DNA of 64,000 nt from positions 11,970 through 75,969 of the forward strand of contig JABDIY010000097.1 of the NCBI GenBank assembly GCA_013003535.1. Reading direction: 5' to 3'. Both the position numbers and the translations under genes were made by a program. Of the stretch, positions 53,107 to 63,365 are shown one piece after another (position 1 is the stretch's first letter; every line of letters begins with the position of its first letter). This DNA comes from Acidimicrobiales bacterium (GTDB taxonomy: Bacteria; Actinomycetota; Acidimicrobiia; Acidimicrobiales; SZUA-35). The notes under the pieces are model-generated. The model worked only from the letters and a program-made list of their open reading frames with translations. It was not told where the DNA came from and made no database searches.

Positions 53107-55665
53107 ATGCCAACAACAGCAACCGAAGGCCAGGTAGGCCTACTCCAGAACTATGACCCCCCGCCCATTGGCCACGACGAACTCCTCGCCGAAAATCGCC
53201 GATTCCGGGAACATTGGCTGCATGTTGGCCCGGCGCTCGAAGCCCTCGGTCTGGGCGAACTCGCGCAACGCCAGCAAGACGTTGATCGTCTGTTGGAGGC
53301 TGACGGTGTCAGCTACCGAATTCTCGCCTCGGGCAGGCCTCAGCGATGGCAGTTGGATCCCATCCCCCATGTGTTGCCATCAGCGGAGTGGGCTGAACTC
53401 GAGTCTGGAGTTATTCAGCGTGCGGAACTGCTCGATCTTGTGCTCCGGGACCTTTACGGCGACGGCGACCTCCTAAAACGCGGTTTACTCCCGCCGGAGT
53501 TGGTCTTTGACCACCCCGGGTTTCTCCCGGCATGCCAAGGAATCAGGCTTCCCGATGGCTCACAGCTCTTCACCTACGCCGTGGACCTGGGACGCAACAG
53601 CGACGGTGAGTTCAGGGTCATCAGCGACCATACACAGGCGCCGTCCGGGTCCGGCTATGCGCTCGAGGACCGAGTGGTGCTGTCCCGAGTGTTTCCCAGC
53701 ATGTATCGCGACGCCCAGGTGCACCGTGTTGCCCCGTACTTTCGAAGCTTGCGGGCTGGACTACAGACGCTGGGCTCGCACCGCAGCGACGATCCCCGGA
53801 TCGTGGTGCTGACCCCCGGCTCCATGTCTGAAACCGCTTTCGAACACGCCTACCTCGCGTCGTATCTCGGCTACAGCCTGGTAGAAGGCTCAGACCTGGT
53901 AGTGCAGAACGGCTCGGTCTTCGTTCGATCTCTCGGTCATTTGGAGCCTGTTGACGTCATTCTGCGGCGGGTCGACGCAACCTTTTGTGACCCACTCGAG
54001 CTTCGACCGGAATCGCGGTTGGGTGTGCCTGGTCTCCTGGAGGCCTGTCGGCGTGGCAATGTCGCAGTTGCCAACACACTCGGCAGTGGAGCCATCGAGA
54101 ACCCCGCATTCAACGCCTTCCTTCCCGCGATCTCCAAAGCGCTGCTGGGGCAAGACCTCCGACTACCGAGCGCACCAACCTGGTGGTGCGGCGAGCCCTC
54201 CGGGCTCGCCTATGTAATCGAGCATCTCGACCAGCTGGTGTGTAAGCCGGTGGCGCGAGACCACGCCAGCCGTGTTCAGTTCCCGGCGAAGATGGGGGCA
54301 TCTCAACGAGAGGATCTACGGCGCAGGATTCTCGCCGAGCCGCGCCAATGGGTCGCACAGGCGAACGTCGATCTTTCAACTACTCCGACGCTCACGGCTC
54401 AGGGCGTGTTGCCGCGTCGCACGATTTTGCGCACCTATGCGGTTGCCCGTGAAGGCTCCTATGCGGTTATGCCCGGGGGCCTCACCCGAGTCGCTCCCGA
54501 TGAGGATTCACCGCTGATCTCCAACCAGCTCGGTGCGCTCGCCAAGGACACATGGGTCCTGGCCAGCGAACCGGAACAACCCTCGGAGCTCTGGCTTCGT
54601 CGAGGTAGCGGCCCCCGACCCCGGTCCGATGCGTTTCCGGGTCTCTCCGAACGAGCGGCGGAGAACCTCTTTTGGATGGGTCGTCACTCCGAACGCGCCG
54701 AGTCTGCGGTCCGGCTGCTCCGAGCAGTTCATGACGGTCGGAACACCCAAACCACCAACGATATTGGCGATTGGGGGACCACACTGGCCTTGCTCGAAGC
54801 ATTGCGGGTCACCACGTTCAGCGCCTACGCACTCCAAGGCAGCGACCTTGACCAACTGATGGAACGGGCTGACACCGAGCTGTTTTCCCTCACCTCCGAT
54901 CAGAACCGGATCGGATCGCTGGCCCATTCCCTCGTCAAGGTGCTCGAGAACGCCGACGCCCTCCGAGACCAGCTGTCGATCGATACCTGGCAGATCACCA
55001 ACACCTTGGAAAAAGAGTTGGAAGTTCTGGCCACAATCGCTCCGAGCCGCCAAGACGTTGTACAAGGGACGCTCGGATCAGTCATGCAATCCCTCCTTGC
55101 TCTCCAAGGTTTGTCGGCAGAATCGATGGTTCGTGATTCGGGCTGGCATTTCATGGAAGCCGGTCGACGAATTGAACGTTTCCAGCATGTGACGCTCCTT
55201 CTTGGGTCTCTCTTGGGCACCGAAAGAAGCGTTGCCGTGGACAGCCTGGTGCTCGAGTCAACGCTCGTCGCCACCGAAAGCATCATCACCTATCGGCGGC
55301 GCTACCGGTCCCAAGCCCGTGTGGAAACGATCCTTGCGCTCCTCGTGACCGATGAGGGGAATCCCCGTTCCCTCCGTTTCCAGATCGATCGTCTTCAGGA
55401 AGCCCTGGCAGGACTGCCGGGAAGCGTCAGCGGTGGTCTGACCAGCGAAGAACGAGGGGTAATCGAAGTGCTCACGGCCATCAGAGTGGCCGACTACGAG
55501 TTGCTCACGGCAACCGACGCAAATGGCCGCCGGACCGAACTCAACCGCTTCCTGTACGATCTCCGTCGCCAGATCAACGAAGTGGCTGCATCCATGGCGC
55601 AGCGGAGCTTCTCCCAGCTCGCCCCCCAGCGTCCACTGGGCACCAGTGACGACGAGGAATCATGA
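53107..55665 (+). CDS. Fused circularly permuted ATP-grasp + alpha-E domain protein
   Basis: 852 aa. The N-terminal half parallels the 50610 gene (EDRVVLSRVFP, NTLGSGAIENPAF, CKPVARD). The C-terminal half contains ENLFWMGRHSERAESAVRLL (alpha-E). Confidence 0.8.
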   Translation: MPTTATEGQVGLLQNYDPPPIGHDELLAENRRFREHWLHVGPALEALGLGELAQRQQDVDRLLEADGVSYRILASGRPQRWQLDPIPHVLPSAEWAELESGVIQRAELLDLVLRDLYGDGDLLKRGLLPPELVFDHPGFLPACQGIRLPDGSQLFTYAVDLGRNSDGEFRVISDHTQAPSGSGYALEDRVVLSRVFPSMYRDAQVHRVAPYFRSLRAGLQTLGSHRSDDPRIVVLTPGSMSETAFEHAYLASYLGYSLVEGSDLVVQNGSVFVRSLGHLEPVDVILRRVDATFCDPLELRPESRLGVPGLLEACRRGNVAVANTLGSGAIENPAFNAFLPAISKALLGQDLRLPSAPTWWCGEPSGLAYVIEHLDQLVCKPVARDHASRVQFPAKMGASQREDLRRRILAEPRQWVAQANVDLSTTPTLTAQGVLPRRTILRTYAVAREGSYAVMPGGLTRVAPDEDSPLISNQLGALAKDTWVLASEPEQPSELWLRRGSGPRPRSDAFPGLSERAAENLFWMGRHSERAESAVRLLRAVHDGRNTQTTNDIGDWGTTLALLEALRVTTFSAYALQGSDLDQLMERADTELFSLTSDQNRIGSLAHSLVKVLENADALRDQLSIDTWQITNTLEKELEVLATIAPSRQDVVQGTLGSVMQSLLALQGLSAESMVRDSGWHFMEAGRRIERFQHVTLLLGSLLGTERSVAVDSLVLESTLVATESIITYRRRYRSQARVETILALLVTDEGNPRSLRFQIDRLQEALAGLPGSVSGGLTSEERGVIEVLTAIRVADYELLTATDANGRRTELNRFLYDLRRQINEVAASMAQRSFSQLAPQRPLGTSDDEES

Positions 55666-56567
55666 GCCGCTTCGCCGTGACCCACACCACCACCTATCGC
55701 TACCAGTCCACAGTGTCGTCCTCCTATGGACAGGCGTGCCTCTTACCACGCTCATCTCCAGAGCAAAGCGTCATCTCCGCAGCACTGACCGTCCAACCCC
55801 AGCCCGCTCACATGACCACTCGAGTGGATGCGTTTGGCAATCTCGTTTCCTACATTGAGGTTCGAGAGCCGCATCAGCTTCTGGAGGTCACCGCTACCAG
55901 CGAGGTGGATATCGTCCGACCCCAAATTCAGTTCCTTCCGGCAGTTCAGGAATCTCTAGCTGAGGCTCGCCGCAAACTCGTCGAACTCGAGGCGGTCGAA
56001 CGGGTGGAGGCGGCCCGGTTCCTTACCGCCTCGAGCCGTGTGCCACTGGACGATCAAGTGCGGAACTACGCCCTCGCCTCCATTGTCGAAGACCGGCCGG
56101 TGTTCGATTTCATCCGGAACCTCACCGAGCGAATCAACTCCGATTTCACCTTTGATTCCAGCGCCACCACGGTTACCAGCACCATCGCTGACTTGTTCGA
56201 ACGAGGTGGCGGTGTCTGCCAGGATTTCGCCCACCTCGCCGTCGGTTGTCTTCGCTCCGCCGGGCTACCCGCTCGATATGTAAGCGGCTACCTCGAAACG
56301 TTTCCGCCTGCCGGTCAGCCCAAACTGATCGGCGCCGACGTTTCCCATGCTTGGGCCGCGGTGTTGATTCCCGGCGCAGGCTGGGTCAACTGCGATCCCA
56401 CCAACAATCAATTCGCCGATGACCGCTACGTCACTACTGCGTGGGGACGCGACTACGACGACGTCACGCCCGTCAAGGGTGTGATCTACAGCAACGGGGG
56501 CATGACCCAGCTGAGTGTTTCGGTCGATGTTCACCGGATTGTGCCAGACCAACAGCAACCACAGTAA
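55662..56567 (+). CDS. Transglutaminase-like protein with Bact_transglu_N-type N-domain
   Basis: N-terminus FAVTHTTTYRYQSTV. Catalytic-core pattern GGGVCQDFAHL (Cys), SHAWAAV (His) and CDPTN (Asp). ATGA overlap with the upstream gene. Confidence 0.88.
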   Translation: MSRFAVTHTTTYRYQSTVSSSYGQACLLPRSSPEQSVISAALTVQPQPAHMTTRVDAFGNLVSYIEVREPHQLLEVTATSEVDIVRPQIQFLPAVQESLAEARRKLVELEAVERVEAARFLTASSRVPLDDQVRNYALASIVEDRPVFDFIRNLTERINSDFTFDSSATTVTSTIADLFERGGGVCQDFAHLAVGCLRSAGLPARYVSGYLETFPPAGQPKLIGADVSHAWAAVLIPGAGWVNCDPTNNQFADDRYVTTAWGRDYDDVTPVKGVIYSNGGMTQLSVSVDVHRIVPDQQQPQ

Positions 56568-56588
56568 CCGTGGCTCGTTGGCCCAGTA

Positions 56589-59500
56589 TCAAGAGCTGAG
56601 AACCGGCCCGAGCCAGCGTCGAGCGTCCTCCACTGTCATGGCCTTGCGATTGGCATAGTCGATCAACTGATCCTCGGCGACCCGACGAACCCCGAAATAA
56701 CGGCTGTGAGCGCTGGCGAAGTACAACCCGCTAACGGACGCGGCCGGCGTCATTGCACAATTCTCGGTGAGCTCCACTCCAATTCGATCGCTGACTTCGA
56801 GGAGGTCGAAGATCGTGCGCTTCTCTGTGTGATCGGGGCAGGCCGGGTAACCAGGAGCAGGCCTGATGCCCTGATAGCGCTCTCGGATCAGTTCTTCATT
56901 TGAGAAGTCGGTGGCCTGGTAGCCCCACAGTTCAGTCCGAACCCGGTGATGGGTGAACTCGGCCAATGCTTCAGCGAAGCGGTCAGCGAGAGCTTTCAAC
57001 ATGATCGATCGGTAGTCGTCATGTTCGGCCTCGAAGCCAGATGCCCGGGCCTCCACCTCAGATCCCGTACTGACGGCGAAGGCTCCGATGTAGTCCTGAC
57101 CTGAGCCAACCGGAGCAACAAAGTCTGCCAGAGCGTAATTCGGCCGGCCATCGGCGTGCACCACCTGCTGGCGAAGCGTGTGCAGAACCGCCAGTTCCTC
57201 GTGTTGTTCGGTGTCGGCGTACACGGCGATGTCATCACCGATCGCCGCGGCTGGCCAGAACCCGACGACGACCTTGGCTTGCAGCCAATCTTCCTCGATC
57301 ATGGTTTCGAGCATCTCTTGGGCGTCTGCATACAGCGACCGGGCGGCATCGCCTACGACGTCGTCGTCGAGAATCTTCGGGTATGTTCCCACCAGGTCCC
57401 AGGACCGAAAGAACGGGGTCCAGTCGATGAAATCGCGTAGTTCTTTCAAGTGGATATCCGTGATCGTCCGAACGCCGGTGAAGCTGGGGATTACCGGCTT
57501 GAACTCGCTCCAGTCGATCGGCACCCGGTTGCTCCGAGCCGCTTCCAAAGGCAGAAGTGGCTGCGGCGTCGCCCCCGATCGAGCTGTACGAATCGCTTCA
57601 TAACGATCGCTGATCTCAGCCTTGTAGTTGGCGTGATCGTCACCGAGGAGCCGGGAGACAACACCGACGGCCCTGGAAGCATCAGTGACGTGGATGACCG
57701 GACCGTCGTACTTCTCGTCCACCTTCACCGCCGTGTGGATCTCGCTCGTCGTGGCACCACCCAGTAACAACGGGATGGTGAAGCCCTCCGCTTTCATCTC
57801 ACCGGCGACGTGCACCATCTCGTCAAGACTGGGGGTGATCAGGCCAGACACGCCGATGATGTCGGCGTTCTCTTGGCGAGCGGTCTCGAGGATCTTCGCA
57901 GCCGGAACCATCACGCCGAGGTCGACGACCTCGTAGTTGTTGCAGCGCAACACCACGCCCACGATGTTCTTGCCGATGTCATGCACATCGCCTTTGGCGG
58001 TTGCCATTACTACTTTGCCGGCGGTCCGGGTCACTCCGCCCTCGGCTTCCATGAACGGCTCCAGGTAGGCCACTGCCTTCTTCATGACCCGGGCGCTCTT
58101 CACCACCTGGGGTAGGAACATCTTTCCGGATCCAAAGAGATCACCCACCACGTTCATGCCGTCCATCAACGGACCCTCGATCACATCCAGTGCTCTCTCA
58201 GAGCCCTGGCGGGCTTCCTCGGCGTCCGCCACGACGTACTCATCAAGTCCATGGACCAGCGCATGTACAAGCCGTTGAGTCACTGTCGTCTTGCGCCAAC
58301 TGAGGTCGGTGGCGGCCGCACGAGCCGAACTCTCGGCCTGGCTCGCCACTTCCAACAGTCGCTCGGTGGCATCAGGTCGCCGATTGAACAAGACATCGTC
58401 GATCCGCTCGCGCAGTTCAACCGGAATGTCCTCGAACACCGGGAGTCGGCCGGCGTTGACGATCACCATGCCCATTCCCGCCCGTACGGCATGAAACAGA
58501 AAGACGCTGTGCATCGCCTCTCGGAGCGGATTGTTGCCTCGAAATGAGAAGGACAGATTACTCAAGCCGCCCGACACCTTCACCGCTGGCATACGGTGCA
58601 TGATCTCACGCGTGGCCTCGATGAACGCCAGGCCATACTCGGCGTGCGCCTCGATTCCGGTAGCTACGGCAAAAATGTTGGGGTCGAAGATGATGTCTTC
58701 GGGAGCGAACCCGAGTTGTCCGGTAAGCAGCTCATAGGCCCGTTCACACACGAAGACTTTGTGTTCGGTGGTCTCGGCCTGCCCGGTCTCGTCGAACGCC
58801 ATCACCACCACGGCAGCGCCATAACGCTGGGCTTCGGCTGCATGAGCCAGGAACTGTTCCTCGCCCTCCTTGAGACTGATCGAGTTGACGATGGGCTTGC
58901 CTTGCACGCACTTCAACCCGGCCTCGATCACCGACCACTTCGAAGAGTCCACCATGATGGGAACCCTGCTGATGTCGGGTTCGGTGGCGATGAGGTTGAG
59001 GAAACGGGTCATGGCCTCCTCGGAATCGAGCATGCCCTCGTCCATATTCACGTCGATGATCTGTGCGCCATTTTCCACCTGATCGCGGGCGACTGCAACG
59101 GCGGCCTCGTAGTCACCGTTGAGGATTAGTTTCGCAAACCGTGCCGATCCTGTGACGTTGGTGCGCTCACCCACGTTGACGAGGAGGCTTTCGGTGGTGA
59201 TGACTGCTGGCTCGAGGCCGGCCACGTGCATCGCCCGCGGTTTGGCGGTAACCAGCCGTGGCTGGTGACGGGAAGCCGCAGCGGTGATCGCCGCGATGTG
59301 CGCCGGGGTAGTTCCACAGCATCCCCCAACCAAGTTGAGGTTTCTCGATTTCGCCATCTGCTCGATGACCGTGGCCATGTGCTCAGGGGTTTCGTCGTAC
59401 TCCCCCAGCTCATTGGGGAGGCCGGCGTTTGGGTGGGCACTCACCGCGACGTCGGCAACTCTCGCCAGTTCGGCAACATGGGCTTTCAACTCGGTGGCAC

Positions 59501-60260
59501 CGAGAGCGCAGTTCAGCCCGATCGAGATCGGGTTGGCATGCCGCACCGAGTACCAGAACGCTTCGGCCGTCTGGCCCGAGAGCGTGCGACCGGAGAGGTC
59601 CGTGATCGTTCCCGAGATCATGACCGGAATGGGCATGCCGGTTTCTTGCCGGAATCGTGCCAGCGAGTAGATGGCAGCTTTGGCATTGAGCGTGTCGAAG
59701 ATCGTCTCGATCATGATGATGTCGGCGCCTCCTTCGACGAGGCCATCGATCGCCTCTCCGTAGGTCTCCACCAGCTGGTCGAAGGTGATGTTGCGGTAGG
59801 CACCGTCGTTCACGTCGGGGGAAATGCTGGCGGTTCTGTTGGTGGGGCCTACCACTCCAACGACCCACCGGGGACGGTCGGGGTTTTCGGCGGTGAATTC
59901 ATCGGCCACTCGTCGAGCGAGACCAGCGCCTTCGACGTTCAGTTCACGGGCGAGATGCGCCAAGGAGTAATCAGCCTGGGAAATGGTGTTGGAGTTGAAC
60001 GTGTTGGTGCAAATCAGATCGGCGCCGGCGGCGGCGAAGCTCCGATGGATTTCGGTGATCACATCGGGACGGGTGATGCTGAGAAGGTCGTTGTTGCCAG
60101 CGAGGTCGCACGCATGGTGAGCAAACCGCTCGCCCCGAAAGTCGATTTCGCCGAGCTTGAGGTCCTGAATGCTGGTGCCCATCGCCCCGTCGATTATCAG
60201 GATTCGATCGCCGAGAGCGCTCCGCAGGGCTGCTGCGTGGTGGGTTCGCCCGATGTTCAC
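56589..60260 (-). CDS. metH: Cobalamin-dependent methionine synthase
   Basis: 1223 aa. Hcy-binding domain ([11 protein letters not shown]), pterin-binding domain, B12-binding [10 protein letters not shown] (DxHxxG) and a C-terminal AdoMet activation domain. Confidence 0.95.
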   Translation of the reverse strand: MNIGRTHHAAALRSALGDRILIIDGAMGTSIQDLKLGEIDFRGERFAHHACDLAGNNDLLSITRPDVITEIHRSFAAAGADLICTNTFNSNTISQADYSLAHLARELNVEGAGLARRVADEFTAENPDRPRWVVGVVGPTNRTASISPDVNDGAYRNITFDQLVETYGEAIDGLVEGGADIIMIETIFDTLNAKAAIYSLARFRQETGMPIPVMISGTITDLSGRTLSGQTAEAFWYSVRHANPISIGLNCALGATELKAHVAELARVADVAVSAHPNAGLPNELGEYDETPEHMATVIEQMAKSRNLNLVGGCCGTTPAHIAAITAAASRHQPRLVTAKPRAMHVAGLEPAVITTESLLVNVGERTNVTGSARFAKLILNGDYEAAVAVARDQVENGAQIIDVNMDEGMLDSEEAMTRFLNLIATEPDISRVPIMVDSSKWSVIEAGLKCVQGKPIVNSISLKEGEEQFLAHAAEAQRYGAAVVVMAFDETGQAETTEHKVFVCERAYELLTGQLGFAPEDIIFDPNIFAVATGIEAHAEYGLAFIEATREIMHRMPAVKVSGGLSNLSFSFRGNNPLREAMHSVFLFHAVRAGMGMVIVNAGRLPVFEDIPVELRERIDDVLFNRRPDATERLLEVASQAESSARAAATDLSWRKTTVTQRLVHALVHGLDEYVVADAEEARQGSERALDVIEGPLMDGMNVVGDLFGSGKMFLPQVVKSARVMKKAVAYLEPFMEAEGGVTRTAGKVVMATAKGDVHDIGKNIVGVVLRCNNYEVVDLGVMVPAAKILETARQENADIIGVSGLITPSLDEMVHVAGEMKAEGFTIPLLLGGATTSEIHTAVKVDEKYDGPVIHVTDASRAVGVVSRLLGDDHANYKAEISDRYEAIRTARSGATPQPLLPLEAARSNRVPIDWSEFKPVIPSFTGVRTITDIHLKELRDFIDWTPFFRSWDLVGTYPKILDDDVVGDAARSLYADAQEMLETMIEEDWLQAKVVVGFWPAAAIGDDIAVYADTEQHEELAVLHTLRQQVVHADGRPNYALADFVAPVGSGQDYIGAFAVSTGSEVEARASGFEAEHDDYRSIMLKALADRFAEALAEFTHHRVRTELWGYQATDFSNEELIRERYQGIRPAPGYPACPDHTEKRTIFDLLEVSDRIGVELTENCAMTPAASVSGLYFASAHSRYFGVRRVAEDQLIDYANRKAMTVEDARRWLGPVLSS

Positions 60261-61267
60261 GACGCCACTGCCTGCGTGGTGGTGGCGGTGACGTTGGGCC
60301 TGACACCCAGGATGTGGCAGGTGGCCAGCGAGAGCTGTGGCCGGTTCATGGTGTAGAAATGGAACTCTCGGACTCCGTGCTCGACGAGTTCACGGCACTG
60401 TTCAGCGGCGACTGTGGCGGCCACCAGGTTGCCAACCTCCGGCATGGCATCGAGTCCTCCGAACAGATCGGGCAGCCACGACGGGATCGACGTACCGCAG
60501 CGCTCGGAGAACCTGGCGATGCTGGCGAAGTTCGTGACGGGCATGATGCCGGGGACGATTGGAACCGCAATCCCAGCGCCACGGGCTCGTTCGAGGAAAC
60601 GGAGGAAATGGTTGTTGTCGAAGAAGTACTGAGTGATTGCCCGGGTTGCGCCAGCGTCGATTTTGCGTTTGAGGTTTTCGATGTCAGCTTCCGGTGAAGT
60701 GGCCATCGGATGCGTTTCGGGGTAGGCCGCCACCGAGATCTCGAAGGATTCGGATGGAAACTTCGATCGAATGGCCGCCACCAGAGCTGCTGCGTCCTGA
60801 TAGGTGTTGTTGTGCACATCATTGGTGCGGTCCTTGGGAAGGTCGCCGCGCAGGGCCACGATGTGGTTCACGCCGGCGGACGCGTACCGATCGATGACCT
60901 TGTCGACAGTGGCCCGGTTGGCCCCCACACAGGTCAGGTGGCCGGCGATCGGGACTCCCGTAGAGGATCCCAGTTCCTCGATCACATGAATCGTTCGATC
61001 TTGCGTGGTGCCACCGGCCCCGTATGTCACGCTCATGAACCGAGGGGCGAGAGGTGCGAGCTGGCTCACACACTCAGCGAGCTGATCGGAGGCCGACGGG
61101 GACGCTGGCGGGAAGAACTCGAACGACACGTCGATGCCGGGGCGAATCGGCGTGGTTGGCCAAGGGCGCCGCGCCAGTCGTTGCCCGGCATTCTCCACCT
61201 CCGACCTCATGGTGATTGACCGATCGATAGTGTTGCCGGCAACCTTGGTCACAGAATTCTGGTTCAT
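60257..61267 (-). CDS. metF: 5,10-methylenetetrahydrofolate reductase
   Basis: Trimmed to the ATG at 61267 (ATGA overlap with the upstream gene). [17 protein letters not shown] and HFYTMN motifs. Confidence 0.9.
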   Translation of the reverse strand: MNQNSVTKVAGNTIDRSITMRSEVENAGQRLARRPWPTTPIRPGIDVSFEFFPPASPSASDQLAECVSQLAPLAPRFMSVTYGAGGTTQDRTIHVIEELGSSTGVPIAGHLTCVGANRATVDKVIDRYASAGVNHIVALRGDLPKDRTNDVHNNTYQDAAALVAAIRSKFPSESFEISVAAYPETHPMATSPEADIENLKRKIDAGATRAITQYFFDNNHFLRFLERARGAGIAVPIVPGIMPVTNFASIARFSERCGTSIPSWLPDLFGGLDAMPEVGNLVAATVAAEQCRELVEHGVREFHFYTMNRPQLSLATCHILGVRPNVTATTTQAVAS

Positions 61268-62271
61268 GCTGAGCGCTCCTCTGAGCTGATGGGCTGGTGG
61301 GCAAGGGTGCGGAAGTCGGTGGCATCGGAATGTTGCCGAAGGGTCCACAAGATGGTGGTGAGCTGGCCGTCCTGCCGTGGGCCGGATGGGTGGAGGTCCG
61401 AGCGGGTGAGACCGGTAAGGCCGGCGTTCGTCGCCCACGTCTCGATGTCTTCGTGATGGATGCCTAACCGGCGGTGGGCCAGTTCCATCCGCAAGTATTC
61501 GAGGTCATGGGGCGCAAAGTCGACGATCAGAAGGTGACCGTTGGGCCGCAGGACTCGGGCCGCCTCAGCTAGTGCGTCTTGTGGGGCATCCAAGAAATGA
61601 AGGACATGGTGGATGACAACAACATCCTGTGATCCGTCGGGCAGATCGAGGTGATAGATATCGCCTTTTCGAAGCGAGATGTTCTGGAGACCCTTCTCGT
61701 CCAGCCGGGCCCGCGCCACGTTGAGCATTTCGTGACTGAGGTCAACACCGAGACCATGGCTGACTCGAGGCGCGAAGATTTCGAGGATTCGACCCGACCC
61801 GGTTCCGATGTCCAGAAAATCCCGAATCACCTGGCCTTCTACTGCGCTGAGCATGGCCGCCTCTACAACTTCGTCCTGCACGTGCCGCGTGCGGAGCCGA
61901 TCCCAGTCCTTGGCGATCTCCTCGAAATAGGCGGCTGCAATCGCAGCTCGCTCGTCTCGGACGGCTGCGAGACGGTCGAGGTCGCGGACGATCGTTTCGT
62001 CCTCGGGGTCGATCATGGTGATGATTGAGTCCAGCACTTGTCGTCCAAGCCCGATGCGGGCGGGCTGGTAGAAAGCATGACTGCCTTCGGCGTTGCGCTC
62101 GAGCACACCGGCGTCGCAGAGCAGTTTCAAATGGCGGCTGACCCTGGGCTGGCTCTGGCCCAGCACCCGGCAGAGTTCCGAAACCGTGAGTTCCGTGCGA
62201 GAGAGAACCGCGATAATTCGAAGCCGGGTCTGTTCGGATGTGGCTCGAAGTGCGGTGAGAAGTTCTTCCAC
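61264..62271 (-). CDS. ArsR/SmtB-family HTH fused to class I SAM-dependent methyltransferase
   Basis: N-terminus RLRIIAVLSRTELTVSELCRVLGQSQPRVSRHLKLL (ArsR wHTH). C-terminal SAM motif I FLDIGTGSGRI and post-I/II motifs. GTG start. Confidence 0.85.
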   Translation of the reverse strand: MEELLTALRATSEQTRLRIIAVLSRTELTVSELCRVLGQSQPRVSRHLKLLCDAGVLERNAEGSHAFYQPARIGLGRQVLDSIITMIDPEDETIVRDLDRLAAVRDERAAIAAAYFEEIAKDWDRLRTRHVQDEVVEAAMLSAVEGQVIRDFLDIGTGSGRILEIFAPRVSHGLGVDLSHEMLNVARARLDEKGLQNISLRKGDIYHLDLPDGSQDVVVIHHVLHFLDAPQDALAEAARVLRPNGHLLIVDFAPHDLEYLRMELAHRRLGIHHEDIETWATNAGLTGLTRSDLHPSGPRQDGQLTTILWTLRQHSDATDFRTLAHQPISSEERSA

Positions 62272-62326
62272 GGTGATCCCAATCGGTGTGGTTGCTCAGC
62301 GCTCGCTGCCACGGTCATTCTAAATA

Positions 62327-62350
62327 ATCAGAATATAAAGATATCTTGAT
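62327..62350. promoter_or_regulatory. Imperfect 10-4-10 inverted repeat in an AT-rich patch (candidate ArsR-type operator/promoter)
   Basis: ATCAGAATAT-aaag-ATATCTTGAT, with 8 of 10 positions complementary. It lies 56-80 nt upstream of the GTG at 62271, within the conspicuously AT-rich stretch 62318-62365. Confidence 0.35.
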
Positions 62351-62416
62351 GTATTAGTATGCCGCTGTCAAGGCGAACGGTTCATCAACCGACAAGGAGT
62401 CTGGTTCAGCGAGGGC

Positions 62417-63274
62417 CTACCAGAGGAATGCGGTTGCGGCGGTGTCGTCGATTGGGAGGTCGGGTTCGGCCACCGCGGTCACGTTCATCGATTGCAGGTT
62501 GAGGCGGCCGCCGACGTTGGTGAGGAACGCCGTGTCTGACGCATCGGCGCCGGTGGCGATGCGAACCATCGCCTGGCGCGGCGCCAAACAGGTGGGATCC
62601 ACCACATACCAGGCCCCATCCAAACAGGCTTCGGCTACTGCATGAAAGTCCATCGGGGCGAGTCCCGGTGCATATACGGACACGACACGAGCAGGCACGT
62701 CGTTCGCCCGTAGCAACGCGGCGGTCAGGTGGGCGAAGTCTCGGCACACGCCTTCCCGATCGAGCAGTGTGGCGATCGCTCCGTCTGTTGGCCGTGACGA
62801 TCCGGGCACGTAGTTGATGTTGCTCCCGACCCAGCTGGACACTGCCGCCAGAAGATCAAACCCCTCGAGACCCTGAAACTCATCGCGTGCAAAAGGCCCA
62901 AGCCGGTCAGACTCGCAATAACGACTGGGGCGAACGTAACGAAACCATTCCAGATCTCCGGCGGCATCCTGTTCGGTTGGATAGGACACGGTGGCGTCAT
63001 ACCGGATGCTGAGTTGACCAGGCCCCACGTTCTTCAGGAGATGAAAACGGGCGTGGTGCGGCGCACCGACCTCCACAGCTTCGAAGTCCTTGTCGTTCAG
63101 AGTGACCGTCATGCTCTCGGTGTCCCGGCCGTAGTTGCTCGCCACAGCAAGGGCGAGCAAGATGTCCACCGAGTCCCCCAGTTCAGCGTCGATCGAAGCC
63201 GAAACGATTCGTTGGAGTATCCCTGGATCAGCCACCCATGGAGCATGCCAGCGAACCAGCCGACTTCCAGCCAA
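62417..63274 (-). CDS. Transglutaminase-like family protein (stand-alone)
   Basis: REGVCRDFAHLTAALLRANDVPARVVSVY (Cys), DFHAVAE (His) and YVVDPT (Asp) form a transglutaminase-core triad pattern. 285 aa. Confidence 0.8.
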   Translation of the reverse strand: MAGSRLVRWHAPWVADPGILQRIVSASIDAELGDSVDILLALAVASNYGRDTESMTVTLNDKDFEAVEVGAPHHARFHLLKNVGPGQLSIRYDATVSYPTEQDAAGDLEWFRYVRPSRYCESDRLGPFARDEFQGLEGFDLLAAVSSWVGSNINYVPGSSRPTDGAIATLLDREGVCRDFAHLTAALLRANDVPARVVSVYAPGLAPMDFHAVAEACLDGAWYVVDPTCLAPRQAMVRIATGADASDTAFLTNVGGRLNLQSMNVTAVAEPDLPIDDTAATAFLW

Positions 63275-63365
63275 TCAACCGATGATCGCAAAGACGAAAC
63301 CCTCTGGACGCACTACGTTCACAGAAGGCGTAGTTCAAGATTGTCCGGAAGTCAGACAAGCGCGG

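Noticed and set aside
62272-62416. A possible SAM or cobalamin riboswitch upstream of the metF/metH operon.
   Set aside because: The leader between the AT-rich patch and the GTG at 62271 is only about 50 nt. It shows none of the conserved B12-box or SAM-I core sequences I can recall. Protein-mediated control by the ArsR-MTase is more plausible.
63312-63334. The hairpin ACTACG-N11-CGTAGT between purQ and the orphan transglutaminase-like gene, considered as a terminator.
   Set aside because: It has only a 6-bp AT-containing stem and no U-tract on either strand, so the support is weak.
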